From: a virus
Taxonomy: Duplodnaviria; Caudoviricetes
Strand: one strand, 5' to 3'
DNA length: 64,000 nt
IMG/VR virus record: IMGVR_UViG_3300033076_001341
Span: 1 to 64,000 of that record
The notes below the pieces were generated by a model, which was not told where the DNA came from, did not search any database, and saw only the letters and a program-made list of their open reading frames with translations. Made by a program: the position numbers and the translations under genes. Below are positions 50,401-60,031 of this stretch, one piece after another (positions within the stretch are counted from its first letter, which is position 1; each line of letters starts with the position of its first letter).

Positions 50401-51165
50401 CGCAACAAAGTCTACTCACAGATCCTTAAGTCCCAAGGTAACTATGCAGACTGGACCTCTACGCACATCAGCTCTACGCAGTTCGGGGTTATGATGGAGT
50501 ACTTTAAGAAGTACTTCGTGCACATGGCGCTTCGTCGCTTTGGTAAACACCAGGAAGACTTTGAAGGCATGAAGTATGCCGCTGGCTGGTACCGCATTCT
50601 CTTTGACATGTTCCGTCGCTACGGATTTAAGGAAGGTGTTAAAGCAATGATTCCAGGAGCAAACAAAAGTGAGGTCAACGAATACTACCGCACCGGTTCT
50701 ATGCAGGCAGCTCGTGAGATGCTTACCGGTATGGTAATGATGATGCTCTACGGATATCTCCGAGGACTTGCCTACAGCGATGACGATGATGATAAAGAAC
50801 TCAACTGGATGCAGATGCAGATCATGCGTACGTTCGCCAAGGTGATTTCAGAATCCCGTTCGATGATCCCTGTTCCATACATTGGTAACGTGGATACATA
50901 CATTGACTCGTTCTCTAACTTTACGTCGGTGTTCCGGGAGGCAAAGACTGCCTGGAAGCTTATTGAGAACAGCATGTCGCTGCTTGGATATGAGATCTTT
51001 GGTGATGCCTTCGAGGAAGCAGCCTTTTACCAGAAAGCATACGGTATGTATGAAGCAGGTGATGCAAAGGCACTGAAAAACTTCCATGACCTGGTTGGTT
51101 ACGACAACATCGTTGGAATCTTTGATCCGCAGTACAAGTTGAAAGAACAGTACCGGAACAAATAA
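44410..51165 (+). CDS. Large polyvalent cargo protein with PD-(D/E)xK nuclease and degenerate zincin domain, 2251 aa
   Basis: GTFVHNMLE...IPEM...GRIDFM...VYDLKT...YDAQLSVY (RecB/Cas4-like nuclease motifs); EEVLH; long coiled-coil region; hydrophobic C-terminal segment. Confidence 0.75.
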   Translation: MACSIIRNKSGEIKTVLASNGKDSILYKEILQLPTIAGDKETALRMWAIAYTPEFKTRHGDWEQAKSTINLDANGEPVVGYVGAFANLAAVNYSLNAETVTYDKEKQRLEQQFKLRFGASNTDSQRKAMDMVRQINAVALTGEASLYTFTDTQGKPMYMIHFTEVSYDQMKDINGFDTSDSSYRAEKEQVQQVLDRLMKSVPGVKAQWIHPTELQAADHPNKNLRSINAYVKGDTVYLVEGRVTPDIAMEEVLHFVVEMLKVDRPALAMRLFNQAKAAVPALWNEIETTYTDERGFTAANRKSELITRMLQKEYRNEIETNPAREFAEMRTVLGNIFKWLTDLLNKVFVDKAYGDTAVVDLRELPLNTTFNELAVILNTRNVVIEAFSIDDVLYNLEEAENEDLEKELPVPGEEEKRGDAVWKKKILERQLERVDKQLDYLALAEKNYRPNPAQKLTLGKLRTQLEEYKQILINTPNKTRRVSRVIGQTDVTGAENYANFGTFVHNMLEELQVRSLETKQAPIVLFEREDFDIRYRETMDNPKTAFEFKGMTQEDVYKMTKEIIGFLGDVYAQGQILIPEMTMISKDPLRGAIVGRIDFMAVDKKGRVTVYDLKTARINAGDLPHNKLNKEFKKETFLPGVTPEFGMLKMRSKFMDYDAQLSVYERMMKQAGIEVNERIILSLIYANKNKSVVASGKEFEFASARVHRYSEFDYAYRTEYEYDQEGNVTGEFRVLRREFMRIREAAKDAVPIEGETFEEYNQDQMREGVNYFGVFNDQTLDEFVDMMVEGIDDQLAQLRNELKKSDAYFSDPKVKEYYQDRSKQLYQIKEEMLKANDEEKLALAKGIKLSAAVASLNLSAKQIEEEAARLEGLNLSLEERLKRLSQIKNEAEHLDEVLGVIQEVGERTKLASTDPLMQVLSSSRSALKSAISKYRKQGEEIMIEVIKESVPEELISEIYKDRGEYLQGVVRGLEREIAELENPEWRPPVWQLHKRFAYKPEDINQIRQEKLAEKKKELATAIADQSKKTLSEKDIQDYVHALTNNKDAALYIGSNTSTTRIGFGLGDLISNSTNPELIVFAVFNKLRNLTNDAQNNAMNNFYEMDFDGKVKSFVSRKGGESAANAVLRERRTVTYFNEDGTTYTKDHYSFKNPVTQEYFDYIDQQRRLISDKRKLLRDLRKQRNADPSNTEIKDQVEALDAELNNDVATYNQWLKENTEREFVDDYYELSVSLPANVQNELNEIDDEISRVRSTKVGAEELLTELELEKIDELELKKNKLFQDAIKADPEYQEKMQRYRELKTYDENWGLYNKFRAEKMAAYGANSEEFKRWEKLNKFRRPSEKYYKEIERIYSRINKIMGEQDEELNMLMGERAKIRRKYKLNGTFFSGNMDAADIEAYDKLEAKIEAIREKAAMEQEEFGEEGGLSLEVRKQLAPLYDRLSKLRSKKNTESYTNELNKRVNELEVAGNILRSYESMMDQDGTSSFKNEKDLEEKYHAAEQNYNTIEDQFEQWYNKNHANTYTVGTFRNGEALDPKPKTFHYEFVPREDLADEYFEEVLHRRYRLSRPTEAAKNDKFQLTPEGYPVPKGLQLKDNRWEISGSNPYISNDFIELTQNQQDYDFYNWLVMDNYIARQDGTAGRKLGFLFPGVQMNKIDNVKQFGMMQGIRREIEETTAEVTLGKNKSDIDLASNEYNTTGRMRVRFKYNFPMEADITTTNGITAVGMWMVEREINHEMGKADVAFSAIIDAMEAMRDHVHDTNKLNQLNKAIELVTFERDKFIYGKRMKGDDGDVNKMKALRMFMKAVSFGRLGFDFAAQTGNMLSGNVQTFLNAQDGDYTLSNLATAKKQTYNILMNMVRDYGKVSDVSFETKFVRFMNPSQKELSELIDLNTKTQLDRFLTKSMDLGNLSYMLQDKGEMEIAITTMTAVLDHHKFKVFDLDSSGNKQYDANGEVLYKMKDGEVELATGWTAFTEDASGRIVSRPDVDITEQQVKMLRNKVYSQILKSQGNYADWTSTHISSTQFGVMMEYFKKYFVHMALRRFGKHQEDFEGMKYAAGWYRILFDMFRRYGFKEGVKAMIPGANKSEVNEYYRTGSMQAAREMLTGMVMMMLYGYLRGLAYSDDDDDKELNWMQMQIMRTFAKVISESRSMIPVPYIGNVDTYIDSFSNFTSVFREAKTAWKLIENSMSLLGYEIFGDAFEEAAFYQKAYGMYEAGDAKALKNFHDLVGYDNIVGIFDPQYKLKEQYRNK

Positions 51166-51194
51166 GGATTTCTGAATTCTTTATGTTATATTAT

Positions 51195-51227
51195 ATATAG
51201 GGGTGTTCTCTACAGTCACCCCTATAT
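51195..51227 (+). other. 11-bp hairpin in the leader of the tail fibre operon
   Basis: ATATAGGGGTG(51195-51205)/CACCCCTATAT(51217-51227) with an 11-nt loop and no U-tract; AT-rich promoter-like sequence just upstream. Confidence 0.55.
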
Positions 51228-51239
51228 CCGTAGTCTACC

Positions 51240-54200
51240 ATGTCTGGCAAATTCATAGTTCCAATTCAGCTACCGCTTTTATTTGTAAAGCCGGATACCA
51301 ATCCTGCGGAAGGATACTTTAAAGTCTATTTCCGAAACGGTAAGCTCAAGAAACTTGACCACCTTGGCGTGGAAGAAGACATTGAGATGGACCTGGTAGA
51401 ATCCGATCCTATATTCTCTGCCTCCCCTGCAGCATCTATTACAACGACCAACATTGCGCAATGGAATGCAGCGTTCAACTGGGGCGATCATGCTGATGTC
51501 GGGTATGTTACTCTTGACACGGTGCAGGAGATATCTGCATCGAAAACATTTCTGCAAGGACTCACGGTCCGCAACACCTTTACGGTTGCACCAAGTGTCT
51601 TAGAAAACAACTTTGTTGAAGCAGGCAACGACCGCTGGTTTAGAATTCACCATGCGACGACAGACTGGGTAAATTCCCATCTGTTTCGTGCAGTAGAAGG
51701 ATTTAACCGGGTGGATCATTACGGCGCATTTAACGGTACGTACAACACCGGTCACCAATATAATTTTTATGACTCCGGGGATCTTTCTACAACTGCAGGT
51801 CTTTGGAACATTAGTTTCTTCAAAGGAAACACCGGGATCACCAACCGTCCGCTGATCACTATTAATAACGGACAGGGTGCCGGCGTTTTCAATACTCCGT
51901 TGCTGAAGATGTTTGCCAACGGCAACTTGACCCTTGGAATCTCTACAGATGTCGGCTACAAGTTTGCTGTCAACGGAAGCATCCGGGCGACGTCTTATGT
52001 CGTTACTGGCGGCACCTCGTCTCAGTTCTTAAAGGCGGACGGTACACTGGACTCAAATACTTACCTGACAACAGGTAGCGCCAGTGGAGCGTATGTATCA
52101 CTGAGCGGTTCGTATGCTAATCCTTCCTGGATTACTGCACTTGCCTGGACAAAGATTACAGGAGCACCTGCATTTTTAACGGCAGAAACTGATACGCTAA
52201 GCTCAGTAACTGCTCGGGGTGCAACCACGGCTACCACGATTGTTTATACAGGTACTGCTGAAGCAATCCGACCCAATACAGATTCTATCGGTGTACTCGG
52301 TGCGTCTAACTTTAGATGGGCAACTGTTTACACAAGGGGACTTAGTGCTGGTGCAAACACTTTAGATCTTGCAGGTCCGGCTATCAACCTGAATGATGCT
52401 TCTGGAAACATAAAACTCAAACTCTTCGGTTCTACGGGTAACGTAGTTATTCAGAATGGTGGCACGTTTACTGATGGTGGATTCAGACTAGATGTAAATG
52501 GTACAACTCGCATACAAGGAGATATCACATTAAACGTAATCTCTGCATTGTTAAAAACAAGTGCAGCTGGTTTAGTGTCCGCAGCTGTTGCAGGTACAGA
52601 TTATGTTGTACCTGGAACCCTTAGCTCTTATGTACCAACAACTCGTACATTGACAATCAACGGTACAACCTTTGATTTAAGTGCAAACAGAAGCTGGACA
52701 ATTGCTACTTCGACCTTAGACGCGGTTACTGCCGCAGGAAACACTACTACTAATGCGATTACTGTAGGTGGAGTAAGTTCAACTGCTGACTATGCTTTAA
52801 GAGCAGATAATGCACTGGCAAACGTAAGACTAGGTAGATTCAAGTTTATTCGTTCTTCGTATGATCCAACAGGTGTAGCAGCGTCTATTGATTTCTGGAG
52901 AGGACCAGGCGCCAATGAAGGTGTTCTTGCCTTCTCCACCAACCCAGGAACAGCAGGAGATAACGCAGCAGAAAGAATGCGTATTACCACAGGAGGTAAT
53001 ATACTCATTGGTACAACTACGGATTCGGGTTACAAATTAGATGTAGCAGGAAACACAAGAGTTTTCGGAGGTAATACAAGTGCAGATGTTCCATTCATCA
53101 TTAACAGCCGTTTTCAGTTTAGAGGTGATGGTGTACTTAGTTATGGAAATAGTGCCAATCACGGCAGATTGACTTGGGGTGCAAGTGGTGTATACTTCCA
53201 CGCATTATCTGGATATGGTGTTGGTATTGGAGCAAACGGAACCTTAGATCATCTGTTTATAAATACAGCTGGAAGAGTAGGTATAGGTACTACTACTGCA
53301 TCTGATTTGTTAGATGTACAGGGTGTTATACGATTCAGTTCTTCGGCAAACCCATCAGTAAACGGTTATGCTAGAATATATACTAGTTATAATTATGCAA
53401 AAGGAGAAGTTTACATTGAACCAGAAGGTAGTACTAACCCGACAAGGTTCTGTCCTAATGGTGGTGTAGTTATAGGTACTACTACCCAGCAACCTCCAAC
53501 AAACGGATTAATTGTATCAGGAAACGTAGGCATCGGTACTATAAGTCCAACATCTAGACTTCATGTTTCTGGTGGGAGAATTGAGATAGATAACGGGTTC
53601 AATCTGGAGTCTAGAACAACTACAGGAACTGCTTTAACAAATCTCATTGGTATGTCCACTAACGCCATAAATGTTGGCGTTTGGGAAGGAAACTACATGG
53701 CTGACCTGTTTCTGAAGGGAGGTAATGGATCTGTTTTTGCTGATTTCTCTCAAGGTAACAGTAAGTTTTTTGCTGTTCGGGGAGTCGCTTCAGCTACACC
53801 GACTGAGTACATGCGTGTCAATCACCTGGGGAATGTTCTTATAGGAACAACTACCGATTCCGGTTTTAAGTTTGATGTCAATGGTACGGGACGTTTCTCA
53901 GGAGCATTGACAGCTGCAAGCACCTTGGCGGTAACAGGAGGTGTGACATTTTCAAGTTCCAGCTTCCGGGTATCACCGAATGAATTCAGAGGCGTTGTGT
54001 CCATTCCAAATACACTGGACGCTACCAACAATACAGCATACATTAACATTGGAACGTTTAGCGACAGCTTTACGCACATTGTCGTGGAAGTCGAAATTGT
54101 TCCATGGTTACTTAATACCAGTAACATCGGAAGTTATTCTAAGACTTATGTGATTAGAATGACAAGCGCTGCCCCTGGAGTAGCGGATGTTTATGACAGC

Positions 54201-56330
54201 CGCGTTACAAAAGACATTGGACCAACCGGTGCAAAGTATCAATTGGGTACTGCTATTGCCAATGCAAGTGTACTGCAGATCCCGGTTCATTATATTGGTA
54301 CAGGTACTGGAAACCAGCTGACGGTAATAGTTCGGGTTACAGGAAACGTTACCGGAAATATAGACAAGGTGTCTCTTTCTACTACAGCTCCTGCAGCGGT
54401 CATTGCCGGTACACAAGAGTATGTAGGATTCAGAAACAGAATTGGTGTAAACAACACTGCTCCTACTGAAGCATTGCATGTTACAGGAAGAGGACGATTT
54501 GAAACGATTGACAACGGTGTTGGTGATTTTATAACCAGGACTGCTGCAGGGGTGCTTACCCGTAGAACCGCTGCAGAGACATTATCTGATATCGGTGCGG
54601 CACCATCTTCAGGAAGTGCTAACTATATCCAGAACCAAACTGCCGCTGCTCAGACTGCCAGCTACAGAATATCAGGTACTGCTACAGCGCTTAGTTTCCA
54701 GATTGGAAACTACAACTCAACTACTAGTTTTGGTTCAGCGCTTGACAGTACCGGTTCATTAGTTTTCTCATTACCTACTACGTTTACTGGTGGGTTTGCC
54801 AGAGGTCTGTTTTTTAATACGGCGGTTTCCGCTGTTCAACAGGCATCTATTGGAATTCATGGTACCAATACCACTGCTGAGCGTCTTTACTTTGGATTTG
54901 GAACAGCTCCCTGGACGGGTACTACAAGTCTGGTCATTCTTCCTTCTGGAAATGTCGGCATTGGAACCACAAGTCCTGGAGCAAAACTTCATGTTTTTGG
55001 AACGGATGAACTTTTAAAGTTCGGTGATGGTACTTCAGGGAATAATGCTTTTATGTCGTTTAACGACAGAGGGTACATAGGATTTAATGGATCTGCGGGT
55101 TTGAATTTTATTGCAAACTCTACACGACCAATTGTGTTTGGAACTGGAGGCACGTTTTCAACCTACACTGAGTGGGCAAGATTTGCAACAACTACGGGCA
55201 ACTTCCTTGTAGGCACAAATACTGATGCAGGATACAAGTTAGATGTTAATGGGACTCTTCGCACTACAAATGTCGCTACCCTGGGTGGAATTGTTGCTTC
55301 AAAATCTTCGTTGGCAGACGATGTCATTCGCATCACTCAGAATACAATGGGTGCAGCGGCTTATCTCTACAGTACAGGTAATGGAGCACTCGGATGGATC
55401 GGAGAAAACGCTTCAGCTGAAAAACGATTTAGGATTTACTCTGATGGCACAGATATCGGTGGGAAGAATCTTTACTTCCAAATCTATGACAACACTGGTA
55501 CAAATCCTGTAACAGTATTGTCACTTAGGCGTGACAGAGTAAGCATAACCGGAGAGTTGTTTCATTACGCAGCACTTAGTGCATCGGGTGGAATTAGTCA
55601 GGGTGCACGTTTTTATTCAAATCATACTGCAACTGCAAACAATGATTTGTTGGTGGGTGTTGATATTTACCCATCGTTTAACAACGCTGGATTTAGTTCA
55701 GTAACCGCGCTGCCTATGCGTGTTCGCGGACTAATGACTGAACTGGCACGCTTTGAAAGTTACATGGCGTACGCACCAGCTAGGATTGGAGTAACTACAC
55801 AGATTGGAGCTAACTACACAGTCGTAGAATCTTCTCCCGACAGAGGATCAGCATTCGGAAGCATCACTGAAACCATCGTCTCTTTTATTGTCAACGATCA
55901 GACACGCATGCGGATCTTCCAAAGCGGTAATGTGCGTATTCAAAACGGGGGAACTTTCACTGATAACGGATATCCGTTTTCTGTGGAGGGAAATTCTTTC
56001 TTTAATGGAACTGTAGAAGTCACTGGTACGATTTACGCTGATTCTATTTATTTGGCAGCGGCTGTTAATACTTCTGTAGTCAATGCGTCCAATATCTATA
56101 CTTCTGCGATTTCTACATCGTCAATCTATGTTGCCAACGTTGTTGAGACCAACAGTGTGACGGCAAACGTTGTAAACACCGATGTGGTGAATAGCAATGT
56201 TACAAACGCAAACAGTGTTGTGATTAACGGCGGAACTTCTAATCAGTTCATGAAAGCTGACGGAACACTGGATAACACCTCATACGCGACAAGCAATCTA
56301 AGCATCGCTTACGCTATAGCACTCGGATAA
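51240..56330 (+). CDS. Long tail fibre protein, 1696 aa
   Basis: About nine G(N/R)xxIG/GNxxIQN repeats, many followed by TDxGYKLDVxG; GGTSxQFxKADG linkers; T/G/S/N-rich. Confidence 0.8.
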   Translation: MSGKFIVPIQLPLLFVKPDTNPAEGYFKVYFRNGKLKKLDHLGVEEDIEMDLVESDPIFSASPAASITTTNIAQWNAAFNWGDHADVGYVTLDTVQEISASKTFLQGLTVRNTFTVAPSVLENNFVEAGNDRWFRIHHATTDWVNSHLFRAVEGFNRVDHYGAFNGTYNTGHQYNFYDSGDLSTTAGLWNISFFKGNTGITNRPLITINNGQGAGVFNTPLLKMFANGNLTLGISTDVGYKFAVNGSIRATSYVVTGGTSSQFLKADGTLDSNTYLTTGSASGAYVSLSGSYANPSWITALAWTKITGAPAFLTAETDTLSSVTARGATTATTIVYTGTAEAIRPNTDSIGVLGASNFRWATVYTRGLSAGANTLDLAGPAINLNDASGNIKLKLFGSTGNVVIQNGGTFTDGGFRLDVNGTTRIQGDITLNVISALLKTSAAGLVSAAVAGTDYVVPGTLSSYVPTTRTLTINGTTFDLSANRSWTIATSTLDAVTAAGNTTTNAITVGGVSSTADYALRADNALANVRLGRFKFIRSSYDPTGVAASIDFWRGPGANEGVLAFSTNPGTAGDNAAERMRITTGGNILIGTTTDSGYKLDVAGNTRVFGGNTSADVPFIINSRFQFRGDGVLSYGNSANHGRLTWGASGVYFHALSGYGVGIGANGTLDHLFINTAGRVGIGTTTASDLLDVQGVIRFSSSANPSVNGYARIYTSYNYAKGEVYIEPEGSTNPTRFCPNGGVVIGTTTQQPPTNGLIVSGNVGIGTISPTSRLHVSGGRIEIDNGFNLESRTTTGTALTNLIGMSTNAINVGVWEGNYMADLFLKGGNGSVFADFSQGNSKFFAVRGVASATPTEYMRVNHLGNVLIGTTTDSGFKFDVNGTGRFSGALTAASTLAVTGGVTFSSSSFRVSPNEFRGVVSIPNTLDATNNTAYINIGTFSDSFTHIVVEVEIVPWLLNTSNIGSYSKTYVIRMTSAAPGVADVYDSRVTKDIGPTGAKYQLGTAIANASVLQIPVHYIGTGTGNQLTVIVRVTGNVTGNIDKVSLSTTAPAAVIAGTQEYVGFRNRIGVNNTAPTEALHVTGRGRFETIDNGVGDFITRTAAGVLTRRTAAETLSDIGAAPSSGSANYIQNQTAAAQTASYRISGTATALSFQIGNYNSTTSFGSALDSTGSLVFSLPTTFTGGFARGLFFNTAVSAVQQASIGIHGTNTTAERLYFGFGTAPWTGTTSLVILPSGNVGIGTTSPGAKLHVFGTDELLKFGDGTSGNNAFMSFNDRGYIGFNGSAGLNFIANSTRPIVFGTGGTFSTYTEWARFATTTGNFLVGTNTDAGYKLDVNGTLRTTNVATLGGIVASKSSLADDVIRITQNTMGAAAYLYSTGNGALGWIGENASAEKRFRIYSDGTDIGGKNLYFQIYDNTGTNPVTVLSLRRDRVSITGELFHYAALSASGGISQGARFYSNHTATANNDLLVGVDIYPSFNNAGFSSVTALPMRVRGLMTELARFESYMAYAPARIGVTTQIGANYTVVESSPDRGSAFGSITETIVSFIVNDQTRMRIFQSGNVRIQNGGTFTDNGYPFSVEGNSFFNGTVEVTGTIYADSIYLAAAVNTSVVNASNIYTSAISTSSIYVANVVETNSVTANVVNTDVVNSNVTNANSVVINGGTSNQFMKADGTLDNTSYATSNLSIAYAIALG

Positions 56331-56331
56331 T

Positions 56332-56832
56332 ATGAAAATTCAAATAAGAAATTACGGGTTCGACCCAATCGCAAAAACAGTTACGTTTAAAGACTACACT
56401 AGTGTGTCTTTAGACTCTGTACTGTTGGTAGTCAATGTCACTACCAACACAATCATCTACAACTTTGCCAACCCTGCAACAGGAGGAACCATCAGTGGAA
56501 ACGTGCTCACACTGCCGGCAATAGATGAACTCACCATGGCAAGCACTGACAAGCTGTTGATCTACTACGATGTAGACAGTACACCTGCTAGTGATGAGTC
56601 GGTCCTGCTTCTTCGACGACTGGTACAGATCCTTGCACCTATTGCAACACAGGATATCAACCAACGTCAAAGGGTGACCGTAGATGGTATGACAGCCGGT
56701 ATGACTTTAACGACTGTTACTACTGTTGGTAACATCGGCGGATTGGGTGGTGTTGATCCAAGATATCAACTCATGGATGCGGCAAGAAACATGTACGCAA
56801 ACGGAATCAGACAAAATTTAATATTCTCATAA
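56332..56832 (+). CDS. Tail-associated structural protein, 166 aa
   Basis: LLVVNVTTNTIIYNFA beta motif; tightly packed in the fibre operon. Confidence 0.55.
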   Translation: MKIQIRNYGFDPIAKTVTFKDYTSVSLDSVLLVVNVTTNTIIYNFANPATGGTISGNVLTLPAIDELTMASTDKLLIYYDVDSTPASDESVLLLRRLVQILAPIATQDINQRQRVTVDGMTAGMTLTTVTTVGNIGGLGGVDPRYQLMDAARNMYANGIRQNLIFS

Positions 56833-56833
56833 G

Positions 56834-59650
56834 ATGCCTTTACAAAACAACATAAAACCAATCGTAGATCAACCTGTTTGGGAATGGGGAAGATTTGCTC
56901 CTTTAGCCAGTACTGCAACAAGCGCCTGGACAACCTCTGAAGATGGACTGGACGAGTACATTTATTACATGAACGGTGCTTCGTTCTTTAGGTATTCTGT
57001 AAAAACAGATACCTGGATTCAGTTGCAAAGTTACCTGTACACACCCGCTACTACCATAACGTTGAGATACTCTAAGTTTGGAGGTCAGCGCGGTCGAATC
57101 ATCAGTGCAGTGAACGCCTCTACTTACAAGATTCCATTCTTTAAGCAGGGAACTGCCATGGTAGGTAAGACCTTCCGTGTAACCGCTGGTCCAGGAGCAG
57201 GACAAGAGAGAACGATTACCGCAGTGGGCGATGAATTGATCGAAGACTTCGGTGTAGCAACTGCGGGTACTACTGTACAAATCAGTGACAGTAACAAGAA
57301 GTGGAAGATTAACCAATGGGTGGGATATACAGTTCGTGTCTCTTTTGGTACAAACGTAACGCAGCAGCGTACCGTTATTTATAATAACGATACAACTCTC
57401 TATTTCCAGGACTCCAACTTACAGCTTCATGAACCCTTCGATAACCAAGGTTTTCTGGCAGCTCCAACACTGGCAGGTGCTGCAGCAGCTACTCACTATG
57501 TAATCGTTTCTCAAACCATCACGCTTAATTCACCATTGAGTCCTGCTTTGACTGACAAGTCCCGTTTCATGATCATGACGGGTGGTGTGTGGGCATTGAC
57601 TGGTCAGGCAGCTGCACCCTTTGCAGCACTTGCCTGGTATGATCTCTTAACAGATACCTGGATACCCAAGACAGTTCCCAATGGTTTGTTTACAGCTGCT
57701 TTAGGTACAGACTTCACGCTGGAACGTACAGGAGAAATTGCAGGTAGTTATGCTTCTGGAACAGTTAGTAGCGCTACACCCAGAACGATCATTGATACAA
57801 CCAAGTCTTTTACAGTAGACCGGTATAGAAATTACCAGATTCGTATTGTATCAGGTACAGGTGCCGGACAACGCCGACGCATCCAGGCAAACCAGGGTAC
57901 GCGAATTGAGATTAACCGTAAATGGGATATTACCCCTGATGCCACTTCTCAGTATCAAATATTTGCAAACACAGACAACATCTGGTTTGCTGGTAACGGT
58001 TTGAGTGCCATGTTCAAGTACCATGTTGAAATGGATAACTGGTTAACCGGGAACATGTTTGACTATGGTATCATGGCAAACATTACAGCAACGGTAGACG
58101 GATCACAACCCTTTGGTGTCAACTCAGGTGTTCGTAACACCGGTGGTGTGACAGCTGTGGCTGCAACACCTGTTGCTGCAGGATCAGGTTACAGAATTGG
58201 TGATGTAATTACATTAACTACTACGGGTTCGAACGGTAGAGTGACCGTTGAAAACGTTTCTTCAACTGGTCAGGTTTTATCTGTGTCTCTTCGTCGCTGT
58301 GGTTCTGGATATGCTACAGGTACTTCTGCTACAACAGGTGGTACGGGAACAGGTTGTACTATCAATATTACAACTGTGGGTGTTGTTGGATTTGTAACGA
58401 CCGCTGTTGCCAACTTCTTAAAGATTGGTGATACTGTGACTATTGCCGGCTGTACAGAAGCAGCATGGAACGGAAACTTTACGATTCTGGGTCTGGATCA
58501 ATCAACAAACACCACGTTTGATATTGCGATCACCGCTACTGCCAACATGGTGAACACATTGACCCTGTCTACGACACTCATAACTGATCCGACTGCTACC
58601 TGGGACGTCAACGAGCACGTTGGTCGATTGGTTGGAACATTTGCGGCTGGTCCTACAGGTGCTGTATCCTGGATGCGTATTGCCTCCAACACGGCTACTG
58701 CACTGACACTCGTTACAGCAACCGGTAACGTGGCTGTCGGTAACCGTTATGTCATTCAGGACTGTGCAGCGTTTGGTCGTGATTCACAATACCGCCAGAC
58801 CAACATGCAGCCTTTCGGATACTCCACTTCAGGTACTACCACGACACTGACCGATTCTACCAAAGCGTGGATACCTGGTGTGTGGGTCAACAACAAGGTG
58901 CGTATTGTTGCAGGTACCGGTCTTGGAAACGAAATGACCATCACTGCCAACGATGCAACGACACTTACCTATTCTGCTCCTGGATTTACCCCCGATACAA
59001 CTACCCGCTATGAGATCATGGATACGTTTGGTGTTGCAACCGGTGGTTCTACTACCACACTGGTTGACTCTACCAAGAACTGGATTGTAAACCAATGGTC
59101 AGGAAAGCGTTTCCGTTACCTGAGTTCAACTGGTCAGATGATTGAACAAACGGTGTTATCCAATACCGCCAACACGTTGACCTTCTCAGCTGGTACCGCT
59201 CCGGCAACTACCACTAACTACGTGATCTATTCAGTGCCGGTGCGAGGTGCTAGTATCGAACTGATCTGGACATTTGGAAACGGATACGACAAGTACCTGG
59301 TTAGTCCAAGAGGGTCGGGAGGTAACACGTTTGATATCTATGACATCACGACAGAGAAGTTTGACTTCGGTTTGATGTTGTCTCCGCAGTTTGAAACCTT
59401 TACCACAGGTACCATGTACGCCTACGATGGTGGAAAATACATCTACATCAACAAGGAATCTGTCAACAGGATTTATCGACTGAACCTGGACACCCGTGAA
59501 ATTGAAGCGTCCGGTACCATTCCTTATGGACACTCCACAGCATTTATTGGTAATCGTATGGAGATTATTAGTACTACAGACGGTCTGGAATATTTGTACC
59601 TGATGAGACACAACGCTCAGGAAGTATTTAGAACACTTATTTTCTGGTAA
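56834..59650 (+). CDS. Tail spike/receptor-binding-like protein with propeller-like blades and internal beta repeats, 938 aa
   Basis: Kelch-like YIY...FFRYSVKTDTW blades at both ends; at least four repeats of D(S/T)xKxWxxNQWxGxxVRIxxGTGxGQ. Confidence 0.6.
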   Translation: MPLQNNIKPIVDQPVWEWGRFAPLASTATSAWTTSEDGLDEYIYYMNGASFFRYSVKTDTWIQLQSYLYTPATTITLRYSKFGGQRGRIISAVNASTYKIPFFKQGTAMVGKTFRVTAGPGAGQERTITAVGDELIEDFGVATAGTTVQISDSNKKWKINQWVGYTVRVSFGTNVTQQRTVIYNNDTTLYFQDSNLQLHEPFDNQGFLAAPTLAGAAAATHYVIVSQTITLNSPLSPALTDKSRFMIMTGGVWALTGQAAAPFAALAWYDLLTDTWIPKTVPNGLFTAALGTDFTLERTGEIAGSYASGTVSSATPRTIIDTTKSFTVDRYRNYQIRIVSGTGAGQRRRIQANQGTRIEINRKWDITPDATSQYQIFANTDNIWFAGNGLSAMFKYHVEMDNWLTGNMFDYGIMANITATVDGSQPFGVNSGVRNTGGVTAVAATPVAAGSGYRIGDVITLTTTGSNGRVTVENVSSTGQVLSVSLRRCGSGYATGTSATTGGTGTGCTINITTVGVVGFVTTAVANFLKIGDTVTIAGCTEAAWNGNFTILGLDQSTNTTFDIAITATANMVNTLTLSTTLITDPTATWDVNEHVGRLVGTFAAGPTGAVSWMRIASNTATALTLVTATGNVAVGNRYVIQDCAAFGRDSQYRQTNMQPFGYSTSGTTTTLTDSTKAWIPGVWVNNKVRIVAGTGLGNEMTITANDATTLTYSAPGFTPDTTTRYEIMDTFGVATGGSTTTLVDSTKNWIVNQWSGKRFRYLSSTGQMIEQTVLSNTANTLTFSAGTAPATTTNYVIYSVPVRGASIELIWTFGNGYDKYLVSPRGSGGNTFDIYDITTEKFDFGLMLSPQFETFTTGTMYAYDGGKYIYINKESVNRIYRLNLDTREIEASGTIPYGHSTAFIGNRMEIISTTDGLEYLYLMRHNAQEVFRTLIFW

Positions 59651-59671
59651 TAGAAGGGAACCTCTCCGGGT

Positions 59672-60019
59672 ATGAATCCAACATTTCTGTTAAATGTTCA
59701 AGGTGTAGTTTATAAAGACGGGTTGCTCTACCGAATCCCAACAAACGGTGGAGCACCTGTTGAATTGACTATTGCCGGAGGAGGAAGTTCTTACAAGACT
59801 GACTATACCTATAACGTACTGGGTGTAAAGAACAATGTCAACATGGTGTTTAACACCACCAGCAACTTTACAGCCGGAACGACAAAAGTGTACCTCAATG
59901 GTGTTCGGCTTACTCCAGGAGTCGGATACGATTACCAGGAAACAGGTGTAAACCAGATCACGTTTGCATTTGCTCCACATCCCACCGACCAAATTACCAT
60001 TGACTATCAACTACCTTAA
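59672..60019 (+). CDS. Small tail fibre-associated protein
   Basis: VYLNGVRLTPG..DY...ITFAFAP...ITIDY domain, also present at the C-terminus of 60032..61729. Confidence 0.65.
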   Translation: MNPTFLLNVQGVVYKDGLLYRIPTNGGAPVELTIAGGGSSYKTDYTYNVLGVKNNVNMVFNTTSNFTAGTTKVYLNGVRLTPGVGYDYQETGVNQITFAFAPHPTDQITIDYQLP

Positions 60020-60031
60020 CCACTAACTATA

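Noticed and set aside
51195-51227. Intrinsic terminator after the 2251-aa gene
   Set aside because: Strong stem but no U-tract on the plus strand; kept only as a leader hairpin.
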